From: Candidatus Eiseniibacteriota bacterium | Lineage (GTDB): Bacteria; Eisenbacteria; RBG-16-71-46; CAIMUX01; VGJL01 | Reading direction: 5' to 3' | Assembly: GCA_963792585.1 (NCBI GenBank) | Contig: CAWBWI010000001.1 | Coordinates: forward strand, 736,001 to 800,000 | DNA length: 64,000 nt | Shown here: positions 28,564-37,807 of the stretch, in pieces | Layout of the letters: every line of letters begins with the position of its first letter | Position numbering within the stretch: the first letter of the stretch is position 1 | Program-made: the position numbers and the translations under genes | Notes under the pieces: generated by a model | What the model saw: only the letters and a program-made list of their open reading frames with translations | The model's database searches: none | What the model was told of the DNA's origin: nothing

Positions 28564-30094
28564 GAGATTCCGCATGCGAAGGGTCTACCGCACGTTTTGC
28601 CCGGGGTTGCTGCTCATCTCGCTGACGCTCGTCTCTTGCGGAGAGAGCCCGGTGACGCGCCGTTATCGAATCGAACGCGACATGCTTCGCGCCAGCCGGA
28701 TGGATCGCCAGCTGCAGATCAGGTCGGATGCGCCGCCCACCCCCGAGCGCGCGCGCGAAATCCTCAAAACGTACGAGCGTGTCCTGTCGCGAAACCCCCT
28801 CCCGACCGGGACGGCTCCGGCCGACACGGTCATCATCCACGAGATCGGGCGGATCCGAGCCGGAGCGGAACTGCGGGTTGTCGACCTGCAACGCTTCCTC
28901 GGAGATACGACGGCAGTGCGCCAGCGCCTGGAGGAGGGAGCAAGGGCCTACTCCTGGGACAATGCTCTCTCGCTCACATACCGCCGTGCGCTCATCGAGG
29001 AGTCGCTCGCCCGCGGCGACGGCGGGAAGGCCGTCCGTCTCTACCAGGCCATGGCCGCCGATCTTCCCGCAAGGGGTCCCGCGGGCCGACCGGTCATCGA
29101 GGTCTTGCAGGCGCCCATTCGCGCTGCGGATCTTCTGAACCAGATGGGATTCCAAGACGAGGCGTTCGCGGAGTTGGACCGCGCGGAGGTCTATTACCGG
29201 GATCTCATCGGCGACTCGCCGCGTGACGTGACCGCCGCCTGGTCGTGGCTCCAGATCGCGGAGGCGTCGCGCCGGCGGAGCAATCTGAGCAAGGCGGCGG
29301 ATGCCCTCGTCCAGGCGAGAAGGGCCGCCGCGGGTGATTCGCTCCTCGAGCCCAGCATCTTGCTCAGCCTTGGCGTCCTGTTGCAGGAGGGCAAGAGAGA
29401 CATGCCGGCCGCCATCGCGAGCTATGCCGAACTGAGGCGTTCGTTCCCCGCGCGCCGGGAACTCGCTGCGGAGGCGATGTGGCGCGAAGCGGCCTGTCAG
29501 GGAGAACTGAAGCGTTACGACCAAGCCCTGGCGATGATCGACACCCTCGAGTCGCGCTTCCCACGCGATCGGGTGAATATCGCCCGGGGACGGCTGATCG
29601 GCGCCCGGGTCCTGAGCCAGGAAGGGAGATGGCAGGAAGCCCAGTCGCGGTACCGATCCCTTCAAGCGGATTACCCGGAAAGCCCGGAAGCCCTCAGCGC
29701 TCCGTTCGAGGTCGCGGCGCACTACGCCGAGCAGGGGGAGATGGAAGCGGTCCGCACGACCCTGCAGCGCGCGATCGACGACTATCGGAGACTCGTGGAG
29801 GATCCGACGACCTCCGATCAGACGCGCCGTCGTGCGGCCGAGATCGCCGTCAGCGCCCTCGTCAGGCTGGAGCGCTGGGCGGACGCCGCCGCGCAGATCG
29901 TCTCGAACGTCAAACGCTTCCCGCGCGACCCGCGCAATCCTCAAGCACTCATCCAGGCTGCGGCAATCTACAAGGAGCGCCTGAGCGATCCGGCGCGCGC
30001 CGCGGACCTGCTCGAGCAGATGGCGACGGATTACCCCGGGTCCCCCCTCGCCGGCAAGGCACGCGAGGAAGCCGGGCGGCTTCGGGGACAATGA
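28556..30094 (+). CDS. TPR-repeat lipoprotein
   Basis: Lipobox LVSC; repeated YP.SP.A / FP.R TPR turns. Confidence 0.8.
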   Translation: MSRRFRMRRVYRTFCPGLLLISLTLVSCGESPVTRRYRIERDMLRASRMDRQLQIRSDAPPTPERAREILKTYERVLSRNPLPTGTAPADTVIIHEIGRIRAGAELRVVDLQRFLGDTTAVRQRLEEGARAYSWDNALSLTYRRALIEESLARGDGGKAVRLYQAMAADLPARGPAGRPVIEVLQAPIRAADLLNQMGFQDEAFAELDRAEVYYRDLIGDSPRDVTAAWSWLQIAEASRRRSNLSKAADALVQARRAAAGDSLLEPSILLSLGVLLQEGKRDMPAAIASYAELRRSFPARRELAAEAMWREAACQGELKRYDQALAMIDTLESRFPRDRVNIARGRLIGARVLSQEGRWQEAQSRYRSLQADYPESPEALSAPFEVAAHYAEQGEMEAVRTTLQRAIDDYRRLVEDPTTSDQTRRRAAEIAVSALVRLERWADAAAQIVSNVKRFPRDPRNPQALIQAAAIYKERLSDPARAADLLEQMATDYPGSPLAGKAREEAGRLRGQ

Positions 30095-30114
30095 CCCCGG
30101 ACGCTCGCTAGGAC

Positions 30115-31575
30115 ATGATGAGTCTGCTGATCTGGATCGGAGCCGGACTGCTCCTCTGCCTCGTCGGCGGGTTCGCGGCGGCCGTTCGCCCGAGCCGGTC
30201 CAGCCTTTGGTTTCTGATCGCCACCCTGGGATTCGGTCTTTGTTGTTGGTTCCTCGGGATCCTAGGTCTCGACGCGCCGCCCCTCGGCCGGGCGATCTGG
30301 ACGAGGCTACTCTGGAGCACGCTCGTGCTGACCGTGCCCTCCTGGATCGCGTTTTCCAATGCCTTTGGACGGGGCGAGAACGTGGGCCGAAGCCGGGGGC
30401 AGCGGCCCCTGCTCGTCTTCTTCTGGCTCGGCGCCCTCATTGTCCTTGCGCTCGGGTTGGCGCGCCCGCCGATCGAGTACGAAGCCGCGAGCAAGCTCAT
30501 CGAACTCCGCCATCCGATGGGGCGTTGGGTGGTCATCTATGCGTTGGTGGGGCTCATCCTCGCTCTCTGGAATCTCCATGCGACGCTCGAGACGGCCCGC
30601 CGTGCGGGCAAGCGCCGCACAGCTTCTGCAATCTACGCGCTCGTTCCCCTGGTCGTGACCGGCATCTACCTGCTCGCCGACGTGCTCCTCTATGGGCAGC
30701 AGTGGAGGGCCAAGACGATCCTTCTCGTCCCCGCGGTCGTGGTCTCGATGGTCACCTTCGTGCTCGTCATGGGGCGCCGGCGTATTGCCGACCTCGGGGG
30801 AGCCTCTGGCCGACCGGTCGTGTACTCATCGCTGGTTCTGACCTCGCTGGGGTTTCTTTTCGTGACCATGGCGTTCGTGGCGCAGGTGCTCCGGATGACG
30901 GGCGTGGTCGCCGGACGATGGTACGAGCCGGCCATCGCGGCCGGTCTGATCCTCATCTTTGCGTTGACGATCTTTCCGGGCATCCGGGAGGAACTGCGCA
31001 GCTTCGCAGACCGTAACCTCAGCGTCTCCCGGTTCGAATACCGAACCCTCTGGCAACGCTTGAACATCGCCCTCTCCGCCGCCGGTGACATCGAGGATCT
31101 GGCCATCTCGCTCCACGACTTCCTCCGATCGATCTTCGGGCCCATCCGGATGCAACTCTGGGTGATCGCCCCGGACCACGCTTCCCTGGTCCCGATCGCC
31201 GGGGAACATGCGCAAGAGCTCCGCGATGAGAACCCCCTCGTGCGGGCCGTCCGCGACCGGCCCGACCCGGTCCTGATCACCGGGGAGGCGTCGCGGGTCG
31301 ACGAGATCCCTCTCCACGTCGCCTGCGAGGAAATGAGCCAACGCTATGGGCTGCGGGTCTTCTTCCCGATCCACGCCGGCGGAGACCTGGTCGGAATCTT
31401 GGCGTGCGGTTCGGGCGGCAGCCGGGTGCTCCATCCGGAGGACATCGAGCTTCTCCGCACGGTCACCGAGCACCTCGGCGGTGTCCTTGGAGTTCGGGGA
31501 TGGAACGCTCCGCTACGCGATCCCGCGGCAACGCCGCCGGCTATCGGGCGGAGTCACGGCGGGGTCGAAGCATGA
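30115..31575 (+). CDS. PrsK-like membrane sensor with GAF domain but no histidine-kinase domain
   Basis: About 8 TM, RPVVYSS, SRFEYRTLW, GAF-type FFPIHAGGDLVGILACG...EDIELLRTV; no H/N/G boxes before stop. Confidence 0.75.
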   Translation: MMSLLIWIGAGLLLCLVGGFAAAVRPSRSSLWFLIATLGFGLCCWFLGILGLDAPPLGRAIWTRLLWSTLVLTVPSWIAFSNAFGRGENVGRSRGQRPLLVFFWLGALIVLALGLARPPIEYEAASKLIELRHPMGRWVVIYALVGLILALWNLHATLETARRAGKRRTASAIYALVPLVVTGIYLLADVLLYGQQWRAKTILLVPAVVVSMVTFVLVMGRRRIADLGGASGRPVVYSSLVLTSLGFLFVTMAFVAQVLRMTGVVAGRWYEPAIAAGLILIFALTIFPGIREELRSFADRNLSVSRFEYRTLWQRLNIALSAAGDIEDLAISLHDFLRSIFGPIRMQLWVIAPDHASLVPIAGEHAQELRDENPLVRAVRDRPDPVLITGEASRVDEIPLHVACEEMSQRYGLRVFFPIHAGGDLVGILACGSGGSRVLHPEDIELLRTVTEHLGGVLGVRGWNAPLRDPAATPPAIGRSHGGVEA

Positions 31576-33026
31576 CCGGACCGGGGACAATCGGGCGCCC
31601 GGAGGACCGCGCGTTCCATTCTACGGGCGAGCCGCTGCGCTCACCCATGGAGCTGATCGAACGCGACCGGGCCATGATGATCATCTTCGGCACGGCGGTC
31701 GTCGCCGTCATCCTCGTGGCCCTCTTGGCGATCCTCGGTTACGAGTTCAACCAGGCCCCGCACCGCATCTTCAAGGTCGTCGGGGGGGCGACCTTCGTTG
31801 TCGTCGTCTTGTCTCGCCCCACGTGGATTCCCTACTTCCTGTGCCTCGCATTCCCATATGCAACGTGGCTTCCCAAATCGCCGATCCCTCTGCTCAACGC
31901 GACAACGATCCTGACCCTCGGAGCCTGCGTGGGGATCACGATCCTGTCGCTGCAGCGCAGAACACACCCGATCGTGCCGACCCGACTGAATGCGCCGATC
32001 GCGGCCCTGATCGGGTGGCTCGTATTCTCCTTGGCCTACGGTGCCGTCTTCTGGCCGGAGAGAAGAAACGATGCCGCAGTCAGCATCAGGGAGTTCTGGA
32101 GCAGCATCTCCGGAATCGGCATCTACTACGTGGGGACCCATCTCGTCCTCGACCGGAAGCAACTCAGGAGGGCCATTGGGTGGTTGCTGTTCGGTTCCGC
32201 GCTCGGAGTCGTAGGACCGTTCTACGAGGCGATGTCCGAAGGGTTTGGGATGCGCACCGCCGGGGGAATCGGGGACATCAATCGGATGGGGGCCTTCCTC
32301 GCGTTTGCCGCGGTTTTCGCGATCGGGATGATCCCCGCCTACAAGGGAATGAAGAAGGTCCTCGTGATCCTTGCCGGAATCGTTCCCACGGTCGGCATGA
32401 TCTTCCCCAATTCCCGCGGAGCCTACATCGGCTTCCTCGGCGCCTCGATCCCGCAATCCTTCCGCAGAAGCGTGAGCGGTACGGTCGTGATCCTCGCCAT
32501 CCTCGGCAGCAGTCCGCTCTGGGCCCCCAACTTCGTTCAGGACCGGGTCAAGAGCACGTGGGACGCCGCGAAGAGCGACGACCGGCAGACGGCCCTCGAC
32601 GCGGACTCCGGGGGCAGGATCACCGTGTGGAAGGCGATCGGACAGGTTATCCTCGAGCATCCCGTGGTCGGCGTCGGGTACGGAAACCTGCTGGAAGCGA
32701 CCCGGGTTGTCCAGGGCCGCTACAAGAACGCCCACAACCTCTATCTGGAGCTTGCCGGGGAAGCAGGCCTCGTCGGCCTGGGCCTCCTGATCTGGCTTCT
32801 CGTCGCCTGCTGGCGACTGGGCTCCCGGTTGACGCGCAGGGGAGGGCAAACCGCGGTGCTCGGCCGCGCATACCACGGGGTCATTCTTTGTCTTGTGATC
32901 GCCAACATCTTCGGTCAACGCTTCTTTGACTTTGGTCTGAGCGGTTTCTTCTTCATGCTGTCGGCGCTCGTCGCACTCGAGGATCGCTTCACGCAGTCGG
33001 AGCCGCTGGTGGAGGGAGAATCATGA
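31572..33026 (+). CDS. O-antigen ligase / Wzy_C family protein
   Basis: Multi-TM; NSRGAY, GRITVWK, HPVVGVGYGN, AHNLYLELAGEAGLVGL. Confidence 0.88.
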   Translation: MTGPGTIGRPEDRAFHSTGEPLRSPMELIERDRAMMIIFGTAVVAVILVALLAILGYEFNQAPHRIFKVVGGATFVVVVLSRPTWIPYFLCLAFPYATWLPKSPIPLLNATTILTLGACVGITILSLQRRTHPIVPTRLNAPIAALIGWLVFSLAYGAVFWPERRNDAAVSIREFWSSISGIGIYYVGTHLVLDRKQLRRAIGWLLFGSALGVVGPFYEAMSEGFGMRTAGGIGDINRMGAFLAFAAVFAIGMIPAYKGMKKVLVILAGIVPTVGMIFPNSRGAYIGFLGASIPQSFRRSVSGTVVILAILGSSPLWAPNFVQDRVKSTWDAAKSDDRQTALDADSGGRITVWKAIGQVILEHPVVGVGYGNLLEATRVVQGRYKNAHNLYLELAGEAGLVGLGLLIWLLVACWRLGSRLTRRGGQTAVLGRAYHGVILCLVIANIFGQRFFDFGLSGFFFMLSALVALEDRFTQSEPLVEGES

Positions 33027-34210
33027 TTCCTGCCGTACTGGGGGGAACGCCGCCGGCCGGCGTGATCCCGATCAGCGAACCGACCCTGCCCGAGCTGGGC
33101 GACTTCACGCGTGAGCTGGAGAGGATCTTCGCATCGCGGCAGATCACGAACGACCGATGGGTGCGGAAACTCGAGGAGGAGGCGGCGCGAATGATCGGCG
33201 TTCCCGAGGTGGTCGCCCTTTCGAGCGCCACTTCCGGGCTCATTCTGGTCGCCAAGTTGCTCGGCTTGCGCGGCAAGGTCGCGCTCCCGTCTTTCACTTT
33301 TCCGGCGACGCTCCATGCGCTTCTCTGGAACGGTCTGGAGCCGGTCCTCGTCGATTGCGATCCCGAATCCTTCAATCTCGACGTCGGCGCGGTCGAATCC
33401 GCAATCGAGTCGGGCGCGAAATGCGTCGTGCCCGTCTACATCTTCGGGAATGCCCCCGACTGGAATCGACTCGAACCGTTGCTGGCGACGCGCGGAGTGC
33501 GCGCGTTCAGCGACGCGGCCCACGCCCTGGGAACGCGGCTCGGCTCGCGTGGGGCGGGCGACTTCGGAGATGCCGAGATCTTCAGTCTCGCCCCCACGAA
33601 GGTCACCATCTCCGGCGAGGGCGGCTTGGTCGCAACGCACAACGAGGCGCTCGCACGCGATCTCCGGATTGCCCGCAATTACGGCAACCCGGGAAGCTAT
33701 GACTGTCTCTTCGCGGGCCTGAACGCGCGGCAATCGGAGATCCACGCCCTGCTGGGCTGTCTAAGCCTTGCGCAGACCGAGGAGCACATCCGGCGCCGGG
33801 ATGAGCGGGTCCGGCGCTATCGCGCGGCCTTCGCGGAACTTCCCGGGCTGAGATTCCAGCGCTTCGCTCCCGACTGCCGGACGACGCACAACTACTTCGC
33901 CGTTCGCATCGAGTCCGGCGCGTTCGGGCTGACCAATCGGGAACTCCAGAAGGCGCTGGACGCGGATGGAATCCGCTCGAAGATCTACTTCTATCCACCG
34001 CTCCACCGGCAGAGCCACTTTCAACACCTCTCGGGCCTGCATGGGACATTCCCGAACACGGACCGTGTCTGCGACGAGGTCCTCTGTCTCCCGCTCTTCA
34101 GCCACATGACCGACGAGGCGCAGGAGCGGGTGATCGCGACCGTTCGGGCCTGCCAGGGGGCTGCGGGGGCCGTGAGGAACGCGGTTTCCGTCGGAGGGGG
34201 AGTTCATTGA
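33023..34210 (+). CDS. DegT/DnrJ/EryC1/StrS aminotransferase
   Basis: SSATSGL, PSFTFPAT, DAAHALG, FSLAPTKV (PLP Lys), GEGG. Confidence 0.93.
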   Translation: MIPAVLGGTPPAGVIPISEPTLPELGDFTRELERIFASRQITNDRWVRKLEEEAARMIGVPEVVALSSATSGLILVAKLLGLRGKVALPSFTFPATLHALLWNGLEPVLVDCDPESFNLDVGAVESAIESGAKCVVPVYIFGNAPDWNRLEPLLATRGVRAFSDAAHALGTRLGSRGAGDFGDAEIFSLAPTKVTISGEGGLVATHNEALARDLRIARNYGNPGSYDCLFAGLNARQSEIHALLGCLSLAQTEEHIRRRDERVRRYRAAFAELPGLRFQRFAPDCRTTHNYFAVRIESGAFGLTNRELQKALDADGIRSKIYFYPPLHRQSHFQHLSGLHGTFPNTDRVCDEVLCLPLFSHMTDEAQERVIATVRACQGAAGAVRNAVSVGGGVH

Positions 34211-34944
34211 CCGGGAACGCACACGCGGACCTCGGACCCCTCCCGGATGAACCCGCGGGGGGATCGTATGTCCGCGTCGTGAAACCGGCCCTGGACGGGG
34301 CTTGCGCATTCCTGGGGCTCCTGATCCTCTCACCGCTCCTCCTCGCCCTTTCTCTCGCGGTCGCGATCGACTCCCGGGGCGGGGTCTTCTTCCGCCAGGA
34401 GCGAGTCGGGTTGCTGGGCCGTCCGTTTCAGATCCTGAAGTTCCGGACGATGGTGCCCGGAGCGCAGCAAATGGGAACGGGGATGCTCGTGAAGGAGGAC
34501 GATCCGAGGATCACGCGCGTCGGAACGTTTCTGCGCGCGACGAGCCTTGACGAGTTGCCGCAGCTGTGGAATGTGTTTCGCGGGGAAATGAGCTTCGTGG
34601 GGCCGCGTCCGACACTGGCATACCAGGTGCGGCAGTACGATGCACGGCAGCGGGATCGCCTGCGTCTGCGCCCCGGCGTGACAGGACTCGCGCAGGTGAG
34701 TGGACGGAAATCGATACCATGGGACGAGCGCATTCGAATCGATCTGCGTTATCTCGAACGGGTCTCGCCCGGGCTCGACCTGCGGATCCTCCTCTGGACC
34801 GCGGGTGTCGTGCTCGGGGCGAAGGACCCGCCGGCGCAGGCGGAGTATTGGAAGGAACCGGCCGACCCGAAGCCGCAAGGTTCGGACGATCGGCATGAGA
34901 GCCAGGGAGGGGATCATGATTCGCGATCGACGGCAGCGCGGTAG
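34207..34944 (+). CDS. Monotopic phosphoglycosyl transferase (PglC/WbaP-like)
   Basis: [47 protein letters not shown]. Confidence 0.94.
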   Translation: MTGNAHADLGPLPDEPAGGSYVRVVKPALDGACAFLGLLILSPLLLALSLAVAIDSRGGVFFRQERVGLLGRPFQILKFRTMVPGAQQMGTGMLVKEDDPRITRVGTFLRATSLDELPQLWNVFRGEMSFVGPRPTLAYQVRQYDARQRDRLRLRPGVTGLAQVSGRKSIPWDERIRIDLRYLERVSPGLDLRILLWTAGVVLGAKDPPAQAEYWKEPADPKPQGSDDRHESQGGDHDSRSTAAR

Positions 34945-35737
34945 GCCCGGAAGAGATGCTGCGAGGTTCATACTCGCGGCATGCCTGCTCGCTGCGGGCG
35001 CTACCTGCGCACGTGCGCAGGAGACGGTCGACCCGGCTGCGGGGACGGGCATTCTCAGCCTCAAGTCCGAACCGACCGGCGCGGTCATCGAACTCGTGGG
35101 CGAGCATCACTGGAGAGGCATGACCCCCTGCGACTTCAACCGCGGTCTCAAGGGACCCTACGAACTCACCGCGAAGATGCGCCTCTACGAACGGTGGCAC
35201 CGCACCCTGAACCTCACGGAGGGGGAGTCGCGCGAGATGACGATCCGTCTCTCGCCGAAGCGCGCCTGGAAGGCGGGCTTGCGCAGCCTGATCGTCCCCG
35301 GATGGGGGCAGTTCTATGCGGAGGAGCGGGGGAAAGGAGCGGTCCTGCTCGGGGCGGCGGCGCTTTCAGCCGGGGGGCTCCTCGGGGCGCACCTCGTCTA
35401 TCGGAGTCGCGTGGACGACTACCAGGAGGCCCGAGACCGCTATTTCCAGTCGACCCACTACGAGGATCTCGCCGGCCTGCGCGGCGCGATGATGCGAAAG
35501 GACCGAAGGGCGGCCGACGCATACGACCTGCGGCAAGGGTTCCTCTATGCGACGGCGGCCTGCTCGGCAATCTCCTTCCTCGACGCGGTCTTCTTCTTCC
35601 CTTCGCGGTCGGAAGGCGCCTACGCCACGGTGCGCCCGTTCGGCGACGAAGGCCCCGACCTGACGCTGCGCCCGGCCGGCGCCGGGAATATCGAACTGGC
35701 CGTTGTCCTGAGGGCGAGTCATGGGGGTGTCCGATGA
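34916..35737 (+). CDS. PEGA-domain / DUF5683-like exported protein
   Basis: GILSLKSEPTGAVI...GMTP, then AGLRSLIVPGWGQFY. Confidence 0.78.
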   Translation: MIRDRRQRGRPGRDAARFILAACLLAAGATCARAQETVDPAAGTGILSLKSEPTGAVIELVGEHHWRGMTPCDFNRGLKGPYELTAKMRLYERWHRTLNLTEGESREMTIRLSPKRAWKAGLRSLIVPGWGQFYAEERGKGAVLLGAAALSAGGLLGAHLVYRSRVDDYQEARDRYFQSTHYEDLAGLRGAMMRKDRRAADAYDLRQGFLYATAACSAISFLDAVFFFPSRSEGAYATVRPFGDEGPDLTLRPAGAGNIELAVVLRASHGGVR

Positions 35738-37623
35738 ACGGCATCATTCGCAAGTTGATCGTCGGCGCGGTGCTGAGCGCGGCGCTGGGAGCCGGCTGCT
35801 CCCAGGACCACGGACTGAGCCCCGCGTACAGCCCCCGGGATCCTCGGGGTGGGGCGAAGACGCCGCCGGTGCCGTCCAACGTGACGGCGCTTGTCGGAAA
35901 CCGATCCGTCACACTCTCTTGGGGGCTGCCCGACTCCAGCCTCGCTTCCAGCGTGAGGATCTACAGGATCTACAGGCAAACGGCCTCGGACGAGTCGCCG
36001 ACGATCGCCGACTCCTCCCGGACGAGCCCCAAGTCGGTCATCGATCTGTCCAACGGTCGCGCCGTCCGGTTGTCGATCAGCGCGGTGCTGACGAACGACC
36101 TCGAGGGGAAGCGTTCGGCCGATGTCGAGGTCCTTCCGGCCCTTCTTTCCCTCACCATTCAGGAAGGCAAGGCGGTCACCCGTTCCCGAGAGGTCGTCGT
36201 GGGGATCAGTGTGCCCGGCGGCGCCAGCACCGTGACGCTTGGGGAACAACCGGACTTGGGCGACGGGATCACACGATCCTACGCGGCGAGCATGACGTGG
36301 ACCCTCTCCGATGGCGACGGATTGAAGACGGTATACGGCCGGATCTCCGACGCGCTCGGAAACCCTTCGGAAATCGTCTCGGGTACGATTCGCCTCGACA
36401 CGAAGGCCGACATCATCAGCTTCGACTTCGACGGCAGCGACACCCGCGCGCCGGGTGACGCGATCATCTTCCACATGCGCGCGGGGGAACCGTTTGGAAC
36501 GGCGGAACTGGAAGTCCCCCGTGACGGATCGCTCCGGACCATGCGCGACGACGGTGTGGCCCCCGACCAGACTGCCGGGGACGGCGTCTACACCCTCGAG
36601 TACATCGCGGAGACGAACCGGCAATTCATCGGCGGCGAGGTCGTCGGGCAATTCAGGGACGAGGCGGGAAACAGGGCACCCGAGCGTCCCGCGCCCCGCA
36701 GGCTTACGGTTCACGCCGAACCACCCGCGGTCACCCTGTTTCCCCTGGCGAGTGGGGATCCGCAGGAGATTTCCCTGGAGTGGACCCGCGCACCCGAGGG
36801 AACGCCATTCGGGAACTACCGGATTTTCAGAGACGTCGTTCCGGGCGTGGCGCAATCCACATCGCGCCGGCTCATCGAGGATATTGGGAATGTAGAGATC
36901 ATCACCCACACGGACGAGACCGTGGAGCCGGGGCGAACCTATTACTACATCGTCGAACTGGTCGACCCCCTCGGCACGGCCACTCCGAGCAATGAGGTCT
37001 CGGGCGCCTCGAAGCACAACGATCCCCCCACCGCCGTCGTTCTCGCCGCTCCCTATGGGATCACCGAGAGTTCGGTCAGCCTGGTCTGGAGCCGCAACGA
37101 GGAGGATGACTTCCGTCTGTACCGGGTCCTGCGGGCGGAACACCCGAATGTCGCCACGGACCCGACACGCCGATCCCTCACGGAGATCGCGGATCGCACG
37201 ATCGTGCGCTACGTGGACAACGCGGAACTCGAAGAGGGAGGGACCTACTATTATGTCGTCGAGACGGTCGACGATCTGGGCCTCGAGACCGTCAGCAACG
37301 AGCGCTCCGCGACGCTGGACGACCGGTACCCGGCCGCCGTGGAACTGGCCGCACCGGATTCTGCGGGGCAGACAACGGTCGATCTCACCTGGACTGAAAA
37401 CAGGGATCGCGACTTCGAATCGTATCGACTCTACCGCTCCGGGAGCGCGGGGGTCGACGAGACGGATGCGCTTGTCGTGAGCATAGCCGAGTCGGAGCGC
37501 ACCCGATGGATGGACGGGACCCTGACCCGAGACACAGACTACTACTACCGCATCTTCGTCCGCGACAAAGGCGGCCACCTGACGCCGAGCAACGAGATCA
37601 AGGTCACGACGGCGAACGAGTAG
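35734..37623 (+). CDS. Fibronectin type III lipoprotein with choice-of-anchor X-like motif
   Basis: Lipobox LGAGC; four FN3-like repeats (L.W...YRIYR...YYY.V...SNEV); MRDDGVAPDQTAGDGVYT. Confidence 0.82.
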   Translation: MNGIIRKLIVGAVLSAALGAGCSQDHGLSPAYSPRDPRGGAKTPPVPSNVTALVGNRSVTLSWGLPDSSLASSVRIYRIYRQTASDESPTIADSSRTSPKSVIDLSNGRAVRLSISAVLTNDLEGKRSADVEVLPALLSLTIQEGKAVTRSREVVVGISVPGGASTVTLGEQPDLGDGITRSYAASMTWTLSDGDGLKTVYGRISDALGNPSEIVSGTIRLDTKADIISFDFDGSDTRAPGDAIIFHMRAGEPFGTAELEVPRDGSLRTMRDDGVAPDQTAGDGVYTLEYIAETNRQFIGGEVVGQFRDEAGNRAPERPAPRRLTVHAEPPAVTLFPLASGDPQEISLEWTRAPEGTPFGNYRIFRDVVPGVAQSTSRRLIEDIGNVEIITHTDETVEPGRTYYYIVELVDPLGTATPSNEVSGASKHNDPPTAVVLAAPYGITESSVSLVWSRNEEDDFRLYRVLRAEHPNVATDPTRRSLTEIADRTIVRYVDNAELEEGGTYYYVVETVDDLGLETVSNERSATLDDRYPAAVELAAPDSAGQTTVDLTWTENRDRDFESYRLYRSGSAGVDETDALVVSIAESERTRWMDGTLTRDTDYYYRIFVRDKGGHLTPSNEIKVTTANE

Positions 37624-37752
37624 TCGGCCGAGGGCAGTCGGGGGGTCGACACGATGACGACACCGATGACAACACGCCGTTGACCTCCGACATGTACATC
37701 GTATCGGCGAGGGTGGCGCAGCAGTCGTCTTCGATTGGACGGACGACGAGAC

Positions 37753-37786
37753 GGGGGCGGGTCCCGAACGTGACCCGCCCCCTTGT
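37753..37786. terminator. Hairpin terminator between convergent genes
   Basis: GGGGGCGGGTC-ccgaacgt-GACCCGCCCCC-TTGT. Confidence 0.7.
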
Positions 37787-37807
37787 GATTGCCGGTCGGC
37801 GCGATTC

